Source of the DNA: Klebsormidium nitens
Lineage: Eukaryota; Plantae; Klebsormidiophyceae
DNA length: 43,616 nt
Direction of reading: 5' to 3'
NCBI GenBank assembly: GCA_000708835.1
Contig: DF237636.1
Location: 1 to 43,616 of the forward strand
Positions 32,901 to 43,616 of the stretch are shown here, one piece after another. The position numbers and the translations under genes are program-made. A model generated the notes under the pieces. The model was not told the DNA's origin and made no database searches. It worked only from the letters and a program-made list of their open reading frames with translations. Each line of letters opens with the position of its first letter. The stretch's first letter is position 1.

Positions 32901-35900
32901 ACGTGCGTGAGCTTCTTCCCAAGCGGCAGGCGCGTGCTCATGAGCCAGCCGCCCCAGTGGATCTCCAGCATGCTGCGCACCACCGAGCGCGCGGGCTGCC
33001 CAGGGCGGCCGTCGCGAATGGGCGATACCACGAAGCCGCCACCTGCGCACGGGAAGGTTTCAATCTAAGAACGAAAGGACAAAGCTCAATGACGGCCCCT
33101 GCTTGGAAGCCTGCAACGGACAACGAAGAAAGAGCGTGTACCGGAATATTTCAATAGCCTTTAAGATCAAAACAATATCAATTGCAAACAGGAGACGAGC
33201 AATCTTCATATTGCACTCGAGTGAAGTTCTGGGGCAACACAAGTGCCGGCAGCACGTCACTCACTTCCAACCGTGGCTCTCCGATAGCCTTTCTTCTTGG
33301 GACACCGGTCATGGCGGGTCGAGCGGTACAGCACTACTGCACAGGCCAGCATAATATCTTAGCAGCGGGCTACCTTATCTGCTTACCCGGCGACTCGCCA
33401 GACAGCATCACGGAACCGTGTGTGAGGATCACGCAAGCACAATCAGATCTCGAGCTCGTTTCGAACCATTACTCGCAGTGAGTAGAACGAGTGTTGGGAT
33501 GTTCACCCCTGCTAGAACCATCCAACGCACACCTAGCAACTGAATGTTAAGCTTACCATACGTCCCATCCTCTTCACGCCTCCAGAATCGCGTCAGCACC
33601 ACATCGCGAGGTAGCATCCGCCTGAGATCAACCGCACCAATCAGCAAGGCAAACATGATCGAACACCTCGAGGAGGCGTAAAACGTTCACACTCTGTACA
33701 GCGGTGGTTGAGGATAACGACTCGCCAATTTGAGCCCAAAGGACAAGAAAGAATAAGCAGAACATGAGCCGTTGATTTCTTTTGAGTGGAGGGTCACTTT
33801 GGACGTGGTGCGCGCACCCTGGGAAGCAGTCGTGGCGGTAGGTCTTGTGGATGATGTCGGTGTGGCCGTCCACGTGCTCCAGCACGCGGCCCTTGGCGAA
33901 GAACACGTCCCACTCGCCACGGCTGGGGCCCAGCGACATGACTGCGTCAAACACCTGCTCGCAGCTGGCCTCCACCACGCCCACCGCCATCAGCACCGGC
34001 GGGGGGGACGGCTGCCGCTGCCACCACTGCACTCACAAACCAAGCAATGGTTGGCAACTCAAGGCACAAAAAAGAAAAATCTCAGAGCACACACAGAGAC
34101 TCCCTCAGTCAGAGAAAGAGATTGCCGAGTTGGTGCAAGTATCAACGAGACAGCTCTTTGATTCCCACCAACCCCTCATTGTCGACTCAATACAAACTGA
34201 TTAGAGAAGTGATGACAAGGGCATTGGTATACAGCTCTTTTCCAGCTCTTGAACATCAAACACAGAGAGACACTCACCTTCCCTTTGGGCTGACCCTCTG
34301 TCAGTTCTTTGAAGATTCGAAGGCCTGATCCAGCAGGGGAGACGAAGATCGTGGTCAAACACGCGACTCCGTAGGCAGTAGCCTGAGGACGGAGCGACCA
34401 GCAAAAACCTGAGCATCTCTCAGTGTCCAGTTTTGCTATGCTCAAGGACGTCAGAAAGCAGATGGGCCCCTCAGGCCAGGCCTATCTGTTAAGGCTTTTT
34501 CTTTGCTGCTCACCGTTCCTGCACTCCTTGATCTTCCAGTTGCTGGAGGACACCACAGGAATTTCGCGCTTGCCCGGCTGGACCCCTGACCAGGCTACCA
34601 TCACTGAGGAGGGGTCTGGACAGAAAAACGAGCTAGAATCAGGGGTTACGTGGAAACATGCCAGCCGCAGCTTGCATCCTCGAGCCGAGTGTGCTTGAAA
34701 CATTCACATTGATCAGGACTGATCGTTCATCCACAAGGCATGGTGGTTCCAAAGGGGCCCCAGATGAACCTCAGGCTAACGGAAGCCTTCGAACAGCTCT
34801 CTAAGCACAAGTAGGCGGGTGGAACCATGTCATTGCTGTTGGACTTGCCAAGAGGGTCTGCACCCCCACCTTGGAGGCCTGCAGGCGCCTGGCACATTAC
34901 CACAGGTTTGGCTGTCCCAAGCTGATCCAGGTCTGCATCCGATGAGCCATGGGCACTGAGCAGCGCAAGGCTGGAGCGAGCAGGCCGCTTCTTGAAGGCC
35001 TTCTTCTCATGGAGGGCAATGAACTCCTCGGCGTCATCGTTGCTAGCCTGGAATTGAAGAAAGTTCCGAGGTCAGCCTTCCGAAAACCTCTTGACACTGC
35101 TCATCAAGTCTTTCAGGTCCGCAAGCAAAAGCTGCCTCTCTGAATAACGGTTGCTGTGCAAAGGCGCAGATGAGGTAGTTTCAAGCACACAGGATGTAGG
35201 GGAGGCATACCTGGTTCGAGGCTTCTCGGAACGCCTGTATCCAAGCAGCCGCTTCATCAGGACTCTTGGCCCCAAGCTGTCATCAAGAAAGATGCAAGGG
35301 TTCAAAGGGGAGGCCATCACTTTTGTTGACGGGGCTCTGGTCAAGCATCTGTTGCTGATTCAGGCACTTCTAAGTTCAATGCAATGCGCTTTCCCAGGAC
35401 AACAAGCAAACTGGCCATACATAGTAGGGATCTATCATGAAATCTCAGCACCCGTCCTGAGTTAATTCATTGACCCTCCCAGGCCATATCACTAGCGACC
35501 GATATATGCACCTTGAGCTGGCGCGCATGGTCCGTGGGGTCATAGATCCTGAAAACATACAGGGCCTGCAGAGAACAAAGCAACCATGTGGCTAAGCAAC
35601 CCGACTTTTCCACACCAACAAAATACCATAGTTCCTACTCAAGAGACAAAGCAAAACCGTCTACATCAACCTGCTCTTGAAACTCTCCGACCATGTCACC
35701 ACTACTGTTTGCACATGCTTTTCCAAGATGTCAACACACAGAGCCCCATGGCGCCATCATGCCTGCTGAGCTGGGAGGGGCGGCAGAGCCTCACCCGCCC
35801 TCTAATGGCTTCCCTCCCCTGCTCTTCGATCCGCATATAATGGGATAGCCGACCATCTCTGATAGGAACCTGTATCATCACAAGCGAGCAGCCAATCATC

Positions 35901-36363
35901 AATTAAGGCGAAGATTTGCACTAAGCAGCAAGAATTCTCATCAAGAAGAATGCAGATTTCGATCACGAACAGGGGCAGATCTATAACAAAGAGAAATATA
36001 AATATGCTGCTACTTTTCATTGAGAGAAAGAAGTACCCCACCTCTTGGGACTTTGCAGAAGGTTTACTGCTGAAACACATGGCCCGGCCATCTTCCACCA
36101 CAAAGTATCGCTTGTGAACGCTATGCCTGCATAGAAGTAGCATTTTAAGTAGAAGATGGGGCAAGCACGCGCCCAACTGAATCAGGAGTTGCACCACTAT
36201 GCACCACTACATGCTGACCGAACTATGGTAGTCAGCAAGTGTAAAATGTAGCGCCCAAATAGTGCTTCCAGGAAGCAGAGGTCATAACTTACCTGCGATA
36301 GTACGAGTGTATGAAACTGCCATACACATACAGCCAACCTTCTTTGCGCCTGCGGCCGTTCAT
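29935..36363 (-). CDS. EDR2: EDR2-like PH + START + DUF1336 (EDR2_C) lipid-binding protein (about 815 aa, 20 exons)
   Basis: Exons 36363-36293, 36126-36042, 35869-35795, 35565-35512, 35276-35211, 35047-34870, 34615-34514, 34324-34278, 34026-33818, 33621-33557, 33336-33265, 33042-32881, 32742-32363, 32210-32075, 31804-31650, 31455-31309, 31127-30984, 30754-30659, 30429-30328, 30036-29935 (2448 nt, phases consistent). PH: KEGWLY..HKRYFVV. START: LMAVGVVEASCEQVF and RFWRREEDGTY. DUF1336: FLIRSASY, RFKLIPNI, DIDIGSSSVA, EEELPEHLLG. The start codon is uncertain. Confidence 0.9.
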
Positions 36364-37424
36364 GCCTGCTACATGCAAACAGCACCTAAGCTGACTGCCA
36401 AACCTCAGAAGCCAACCTGCACTTCAAGTCTTTCGAAAGCTGCAATGATGGCCACGTTCAGCCTCGTCACGAGTAGCACGTCTGGTGCCAGCAAGAGACA
36501 CCCCAAAACAGGACCACCCCCTTAGAGGACCACCAGTTGGGATGCTTCGCTGTTGTGAGCTGAAGCTGTCTGCCCACTCATTGTCTCAACTGCCTGGAAT
36601 TTACCCCGCTAAGCAAAGTACCATTTTAATGTAGAACAAAGCTGCTGGTGAGCTGACTTGGAGCTGCACCGTATCAATGAGCAGCCAAAGGCACAGCTAA
36701 GCTGCTGTAGGTACTAGCTGCTGAGAAGTGCTGATGTCATCCTTGTCAACACCCCATCGAAACAACAGCTAGCAGCACTAGCCATCCCAGCTCTAGCTTG
36801 CTGTACCATCCAGGACCAGTCCTCCATTTTCAATGTGAGCGGAGGAAAAGGAATGGCATACCTAGCTGGAAACACGAAGCTCACGCGAGGGGACGAACGC
36901 TGGACGAACGTTGCATTGTGGACCCGTACGGTGACTGAGTCTGACTTCGAGTTGCCGGGGAGCTGCCATCTGGCAATTCCCGGCGATACCGAAGGGCCAC
37001 GTGAAACTCGTGTTGCTATCTCCAAAAACGCCACGTCGAAAACTTCTGATTTTCCGACACATTTGAAGCGTTCGATACAAATATAAGAATGTCGACGGTA
37101 ATAAGTTTCTCTGGGTCAATAAGTCAGAATTCTCCCACCCAGGCCAAATGCTTTGCACTACCACTACCTACGGTCTGTACCGTAGCCCTAACCTGCCTGC
37201 CCAGTAGAAGTAGACTGAAGAGGCTAGGGTTGAGCAGGTTGCTTCCAGGAACGGCGCTCAGAATAGAAGAGGAACATACTTAGGAGCACGCCCCTTCAGC
37301 ACTTCGCTCATTGTGACAAGAGAAATTGCTACTGAAGGAATTGCAGGGTTCAAGAAAGCGCACGCTGATTGACATTATTTGCTACGCTTTATTTGTCAAG
37401 CTGGGAGGGAACCACTGGTCAGGC

Positions 37425-39587
37425 ATGGGGAATCAGGAAAAGCTCTTGGATCAGGTATGTGAGAAACTCATCTTACTTCAATGCTGGGACAAGCATGGCA
37501 CAGCAAGCAGGTTTTTGCTACGTTCAAAACCCACCGCACTTGTCGCAATTGTTTGTCCCGCTGATTTTCCGTAAAGGTGCGTGAATATCCGTGAACGCTA
37601 GTGGTCACATCTTTGTCAGCAACTTTGTGCTCAAATCATGGCCTCATTGAGAACTCGAAACCCTAAAAAAGTACCGTCTTTGACTAATTGCATCGGTGGG
37701 GCATTGACTTTTGGGCCAATTTCGATTGCAATTCTTTTTGTTCGTTTGCAGATTTTCCAGCTGCGATATACTGCAAAGACGCTGGTGCGCCAGGCGAAAA
37801 AATGCGAGAAGGAGGAGAAGTCAGAGAAGCTGAAAGTAAAGAAAGCCATTGAGAAGGGGAATATGGATGGCGCCCGGATTTATGCTCAGAACGCCATTCG
37901 GAAAAAGAACGAGCAGTTGAATTACTTGCGGTTGGGGTCTAGGTTAGACGGGGTTGTGGCCCGGTTGGACACTCAGGCCAAGATGAACGTGATCAACAAG
38001 TCGATGGCCGGGATTGTCAAGTCGTTGGACAGGGCACTGGCCAGCAACAACATGGAGCAGATCTCGCAGACGATGGACACATTTGAGAAGCAGCTGATTG
38101 ACCTGGACGTGCAGTCCGCCACCGTGGAGGGGGTCATGCAGGTGAGGGATTCCCCGGGTCGCTGCAATGCTCCCTTGACAAACTCGCCTTACGCAGTGCA
38201 GGGCACCTTTGTCAAACGGGCATGCAGTATCAAGGCGCGTCCCATGCGCATGATGGCTGAGTTTGACACGGTGATTACAACTGTTCACCCGGTTGACTGA
38301 TGCCGGTGTAGCCCTTCTCTTCTCTTAAATTCCCTGCTTTTCCTGGGTCTAAGTTCACTCATTGCTTGAACCACATTGATGCCCCTCCACTTTCCTCATG
38401 AACCACCTTTGACATCTGACGCCTCGGGCCCCAATGCGTATGCTGCACCTAGAGGCTCACGGCAGGGCTGGAGAAGTTTTTTAATCGAGTCCAACTTACT
38501 TGTTGCAAGTTTCTAAAGTGAAGGAGATATGTGAGGTAGTCACGCCTTTCTGCTATGGAACTTTTCAAAGGAGGGAACTTCACATGGCATTCGGAGGTTT
38601 TCTTTTCTATCTGCTGAGCTGCTCTGTTCGTTGCTCAACGCCCGTTACTTTTTCTGAGGTGACTTTTGAAGATTTTGGTGCCAAAACTTCGTGGCTACTA
38701 TAAGTTCCGGCATCAACATTTTCGAACTTTTCAAAGAGTCTGTCAAGTATCCACCAAAGCCTCCGGGACCTTGATTGTTGATTTCTGGGTTTGCTTTGAG
38801 ACATCGAGGTCGCTGAAGCGGCAGGCTTGAACCCCCTGCTTCTTTAATGTAAGCTTCAACTCTGGGTTCGGAAGACAATAGATTGAATCGCAACTACTCA
38901 TGTCGAGCTGATGTTGACAGAAATTGCAAAATGAAGAGATGGACTCGCACCTGCCTCTTAGTTTGTTTGTTTGTTTGAAAGCCTGGCAATACCGGCAGGT
39001 TGATGGGAACGCGCTTGTCCGGAAGAAGCGTTGCTGACCCAAAAAGCTGTCTCGCGTGTTCTGCCCTCTCGTGTTGGCTGGCTTGAACAGGCTGTCCTTT
39101 CTTGCTGGCCTCGAGTAACAAATGAGCATACTCACCCGCTGCCTGCGTATGTCGCTGTCTAAAGCAAAACAACTATGGTTCGTTGCCCGAAAGCTCCAGT
39201 AGACGGGCAAGTCTTGTGCTTGTAATCTGGAGCGAGCTATTGCATGTTTTGAGACCAGCTGTTAACCACTTTCCCAGCATTTTTTAACGTGAAAGAGCAA
39301 AGACGGGTTGTACCAAGTGCCTACCGAACCCCGCTAGTTTTTTCCCTTCAAGTCACAAGGTTCTGTTAGTACTGACGTAAGGTTCATTCCAACAGGGCAC
39401 AACAATGATGTCAACACCAGAGGACGACGTCAACAACTTGATGCAACAAGTTGCGGATGACTATGGGCTGGAGGTTTCTGTGGGGCTCCCGCAAGCAGCC
39501 ACGGGGCAGGTGGCAGGTGTCAAACAGCAAGAAACAGAAGCAGACGATCTCAGTAAGAGATTGGCTGAACTGAAAAGCCGTGGGTAA
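37425..39587 (+). CDS. CHMP1: ESCRT-III accessory protein CHMP1/VPS46 (Did2 family), 203 aa, 3 exons
   Basis: Exons 37425-37454, 37752-38141, 39396-39587 (612 nt). Sequence [62 protein letters not shown]..., with C-terminal MIM1-like [14 protein letters not shown]. Confidence 0.96.
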
Positions 39588-40449
39588 GACGTGGATTCGG
39601 CTCGTACATAGTTCTAGATTCGGATCCACGTATCTGGGCGGTAAGGCCTGTGTACGTCTAGGTTGTGACATTTAGCGAAGAGAATTTCATGTGGATCTTA
39701 AAACTTGACCGTCAATCTGTGGGGTCGAAAAGTCCTAAGACTTATGTACAATATGCAAAAATATCGAAAGCTCCAGAGTTAAAGGCAAAGAAGTTTGTTA
39801 AGAGGATATCGTCCTTATAAGATCATGAAGTTGGGTTGATTTGTGTCTGGCGCAGGCCCACGGAAAGCTCAGTTGACTGTTGGATCAAACTTAAGCTATC
39901 TCATGCCTCACTTGTGTTTTAAGATGACACGCGAATTCGGGCGATTCGACATGCAGCCTCGGATCAGATTAATACAATAAGATGGGCCAAATTTGGCCCA
40001 TCTTATATTTTGCTGAGTAGATACAGCGTTGCGTTACCTGGGATGCATGTGATGTACGCGGGGCGGAAAGATGCATATAATCGGTTCTTTTGACATGCAT
40101 GTGCGCGCATGTAAAGCTGACGAGCTGCCCCTGCCTCAGCCCCACGCTGAAGTCATGAACGTGTATCAGATCCATGCAATGCTATGCGCATGGCAAAGGC
40201 CATCCTCGTGCAGTCCACGTGCATCAGTGCAATTCAGGGGGCATTTAATTGATTGATTGAGGCCCGGCCTTACGTACAATCTAGAAGCAGACGTACCTAG
40301 CTGATTGGAGCATCTTGTATCTTGATATTATGTTGCAAACTTAGGACAACTGACTTTTACTTATCCCAGATTTTAGACTAGCGAACCCCTCGATGGAAAC
40401 CCGAATACTGACCACTTAAGCAGCTCTTATGTCCATCAGTTTGTCCTTG

Positions 40450-42302
40450 CTAGAGCTGCACTAAAGCGGAACCCATGGTCGATCCAAGTGGACCCATGCC
40501 GCCCACTTCTTTGACTACCCAACCACTATTCACGGTCCAGCTCTCAATGTCGGCTACCCCATATGCAGCATATGCCGCCTCCAAATACCCACCTAATATG
40601 TACAAGTGCTCCCCGTCTGACTCAAGTGAACACAGCCGCCTCTTCCCCTCGATAGGCTGCGAGAAGCCTCTCATGTGCGCGATTGTGACCCAGCTGTTTT
40701 TGGCTGGACTATACTGCAAGATGCCCTGACTTTCTATATCTGCCACTGTGATGCTGCCTCGATGCACCGTGAGTGGCGGCATGTTGCCTGCAGTCGGCCA
40801 CGGCCACATCTCCTCGATCAGCGTCCACGAGTCCCTCGCGGGATCGTACACCTGGCATCACGAGCACACGTGGGATAATCGTTTGCATCATAACTAGGCT
40901 TCAACACTCATCAAACCGTTATCCTCTCAGACACTCAGCAGGTCTTGGAAGCACGCAGCTACCTGAAAGATGCACATGACCTTAAGACGCCAGCTTTTGT
41001 TGCCTTTATACCACAGCATTCAACAGGAAGGGCGGTTGTTTTTGTATGCCATCGAAGCTGACATGCGGCGTACCTGAGCGGCCCGGGCTGATCCCCCCAC
41101 GACCCACAATTTGCCCTCCACAAAGCGAGCTCGCCCCTGATCGCACGGCCTGAACATGTCGGCAATGGGCGCCCACCTGAGTAAACAGCCCAGAGACTCA
41201 ATGAGGAAACATCCACCCACCTCAACATAGTCATACCTCACCAAGGCAGTGATGTTCTTTACAAGACTTCATAATGATTTACCCAAGCCTTTTGACATGA
41301 AAGCCATATGAAAGCAGCTGCCGACCTCCTTGCAAGGAAGATGTCCCTGCCTCCTGCATCCAGCCACGAGAAGCTTCAGATTGAATTGCACCCACTCTAG
41401 CACAACTTCTCAAGAGCCAGATTAAAGAGTGTTTTGCGCCACCTGTCCTGCTGTGTATCGTACACCCAAGCGGTGGCCAGCCGCTCCCCCTGCTCCATGA
41501 TGCTGCCGCCCCTCCTGCCCCCCACCAGATACACGCGCCGCCCATCGCTGGCGCATGCGAAGTGGGTCCGCGGGGAGGGGACCCCCTTCTTCTCCTCCCA
41601 CCGGTTGAGAATTGGGCAGTAGAGCCACAGGAAGGAACTGAGCGCCGCCGGGAAGATGCTCCCGGTGAACGCATAGATGTTGTCGTCCTTCCAGCCCATG
41701 CAAACTAGCTTGCCCCCCGCTGTCGCAACCCCCGCCTCCGTCCAGCTGTATCGGGACCCCTGACCTGGCATGGGGGGCACCACACGCACAAGGCCCCGTT
41801 CCAGCTCCACAGCACGCCAGCTGTGTCCCCCCGTAAACGGACTGATTTGGGCAGGCTTCACAAAGACCCAGTTCTCTAATGTGCCGACTTTGCTGCGCAC
41901 GGGGGTGAGCAACTCAATCCGCTCCTGGGATCCAAAGAGCTTCCGCCATAAAGAGGACACCTGGCGTGCGGAGCGCCATTCACTGGTGGGCAGGCGGGCG
42001 AGGCACAGGAGGGCAACCTCGTCCAGTAGACCAGGGATAAGCCCCTCTGTGTCCTGGATCTCGCCAGTATTCTTATGCGGGGCTGTTATACTAGAACTGT
42101 GGGCAAAGCTGGTGCCAGCTGGCACTCGAGTATCCTGCACTTCTTCCGGGAAGGGGGCAAGCACGGTTGGAATCGAAAGGAGACTCGCGCCTCTAACTAG
42201 CTTTCTATGGGAGGAGCAGCCCCCTCCCGTCAGGAGCGTGGAGACGTCCGAGCCCATCTCAGCGCCAGGCAACAGAGAACCCATGATGACCACACTCGCC
42301 AT
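40450..42302 (-). CDS. Plant-type F-box/kelch-repeat protein (about 454 aa, 3 coding exons)
   Basis: Exons 42302-41443, 41176-41074, 40851-40450 (1365 nt). F-box LIPGLLDEVALLCLARLP..VSSLWRKL. Kelch repeats PRTHFACA..VYLVGG..VYDTQQDRW, LWVVGG..VYDPARDSW and LYILGG. The start codon is not certain. Confidence 0.9.
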
Positions 42303-43278
42303 GCCGGTTGTGCAATTTTGGGGGGGAGCAGCTTTGCTGGGTTGTCTACTGAGAGTGGATCCTGCAGAGAGACAGGATATGTGGCTGGGTGGAGTTGACG
42401 AGGCGCAACCCCAGTTTTGAGTGCCTCACCGAGTGTGATGGAACACTTGTATGTGTGATCTTGGTATCCATCATCCATCAACCGCCAGAGACCAAAATGA
42501 TATGCAGTTCTGTGTGGAATGTCTGAGAAAGCTGTCACCTATGCTTCTCCAGGTGCTGTTTTAAGTTCAGTAGAAATTTTTCTGGGGAAGCCCATACGTT
42601 TCAGGTTAAGCTGGAAGTTCGACAGTGATGTTCTTGCGCCCAAGATCTTGAAATGCTGAGACCAAGTCGAGCATCACTGTGGGCCAAAGCTGCTGTAACC
42701 AGGTCAAATGCGGTGGGCCAAAAACAGCCCATCAAAAGTCTAACAACCAACAACCAATCAGCTGTCCATTGTCACAGAAACCCCTCTTCTCACCTCCTTT
42801 CTGCAAACCTAAGATCGCTCCTCGCTGCAGCAACCAGCTCCACGGGTGTTCGCTTGAAGAACGCCCTGTGCGCTTTTAACTCAGCAAGCGTCCGCCCAAA
42901 AAGCAGGAGGGGACAGAATCACATTGCGCTAGGGCTACCTAATTCCAATGCTGCCCCGCCCCAGCCTGCCCAGGCAGGGGCAGACGAATTCAGCTGTGGC
43001 CAAAGGCTCAGGCCCCAGAGTGTGTGTAATGGCCACCAAGCAAGTGACCGGGTGGCTCCTGGTCCATGCAGATTCGGTCGGGCCCTCTGCTGCGCACTGC
43101 CCCTGCACCATTACGATTTCGCAACCGGTTTCCGATGGCCGAACATGCAGAATCACTCGGGACTCAATGACAAAAGGCAGGCACATTGGCCTGTAACAAG
43201 TAGTAGGCACGTCGTGTAAAATGCACCTCAGAACCTTTTCACACTGAAGACGTCCAGACATCTGCGACGTAGGTACGT

Positions 43279-43608
43279 AAGTTTGCTAGTCTTACGATAT
43301 GCGTCACTGATGATGTCACACAGGGTTAACCTCCTAACGCACACTAAAATCCTAAGGGTAAATATTGAGCAGTAACCCGGTTTTTGACAAATCCTAAGGC
43401 GTTCCGCCAGAGCGCACCCTTACCCACCCTAACCCCCCAGCTAACCCCACCAAGATCACAGGTTTGCCCTCATTGTACCGGAATTTGCCCCGAGCACTTC
43501 ACCGCACCCGGTGAAACCTGGCGGTACAAACCATACCGACAGGTACCGTACCCCACCACTGGTATCGCTGATGTCACCGATGACGTAGTTTAGAAGACTA
43601 GCAAAGTT
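43279..43608. mobile_element. Degenerate terminal-inverted-repeat element of about 330 bp sharing its internal core with the MITE at 16622
   Basis: TTTGCTAGTCTT (43282-43293) is the reverse complement of AAGACTAGCAAA (43594-43605), with weaker pairing further inward. Internal 43413-43447 matches 16705-16739 at 31/35, and 43342-43355 matches 16672-16685 at 13/14. Confidence 0.65.
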
Positions 43609-43616
43609 GCACCACC

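Noticed and set aside
32403-33068. 221-aa plus-strand ORF
   Set aside because: Antisense shadow of EDR2-like exons 12-13.
37638-37751. N-terminal extension of CHMP1 in ORF 37638-38300
   Set aside because: It is intronic. A 30-nt first exon ([10 protein letters not shown]) restores the typical 203-aa protein.
38142-39395. Unusually long CHMP1 intron 2 with minus-strand ORFs (38743-39210, 38894-39172)
   Set aside because: I found no recognisable domain, terminal repeats or codon bias, so I cannot support a nested gene or TE without a database search.
42653-43261. ORFs 42653-43219 (+) and 42935-43261 (-)
   Set aside because: No recognisable motifs or splice-consistent partners. Probably the promoter or 5'-UTR region of the F-box gene.

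Overview
Eukaryotic nuclear DNA, most likely from a streptophyte green alga (Klebsormidium-like). This is inferred from GC-rich exons, short spliceosomal introns, plant-type genes and land-plant-like EPSPS intron positions. The left ~6 kb is a transposon island: fragments of three Ty1/copia elements, a 193-bp near-perfect palindrome at a head-to-head junction, and unclassified degenerate DNA. The remainder holds eight intron-containing genes that strictly alternate strand: an orphan Ser/Pro/Arg-rich protein with a SAP-like motif (+), EPSP synthase (-), a GT4 glycosyltransferase (+), a plastid-type IF-1/infA (-), cytosolic-type ThrRS (+), an EDR2-like PH-START-DUF1336 protein (-), CHMP1/VPS46 (+) and an F-box/kelch protein (-). 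I built all gene models by hand from GT/GC-AG sites and phase checks; none has transcript support here. The most notable observation is that the putative first exon of the nuclear infA gene is a diverged copy of the EPSPS transit-peptide exon 7 kb away (30/43 aa identical), which suggests a plastid-derived gene acquired its targeting signal by local exon duplication. Second, two small inverted-repeat elements share a CCCTAAC-rich core but have unrelated terminal repeats and no visible target-site duplication. No tRNA, rRNA or CRISPR features were found.
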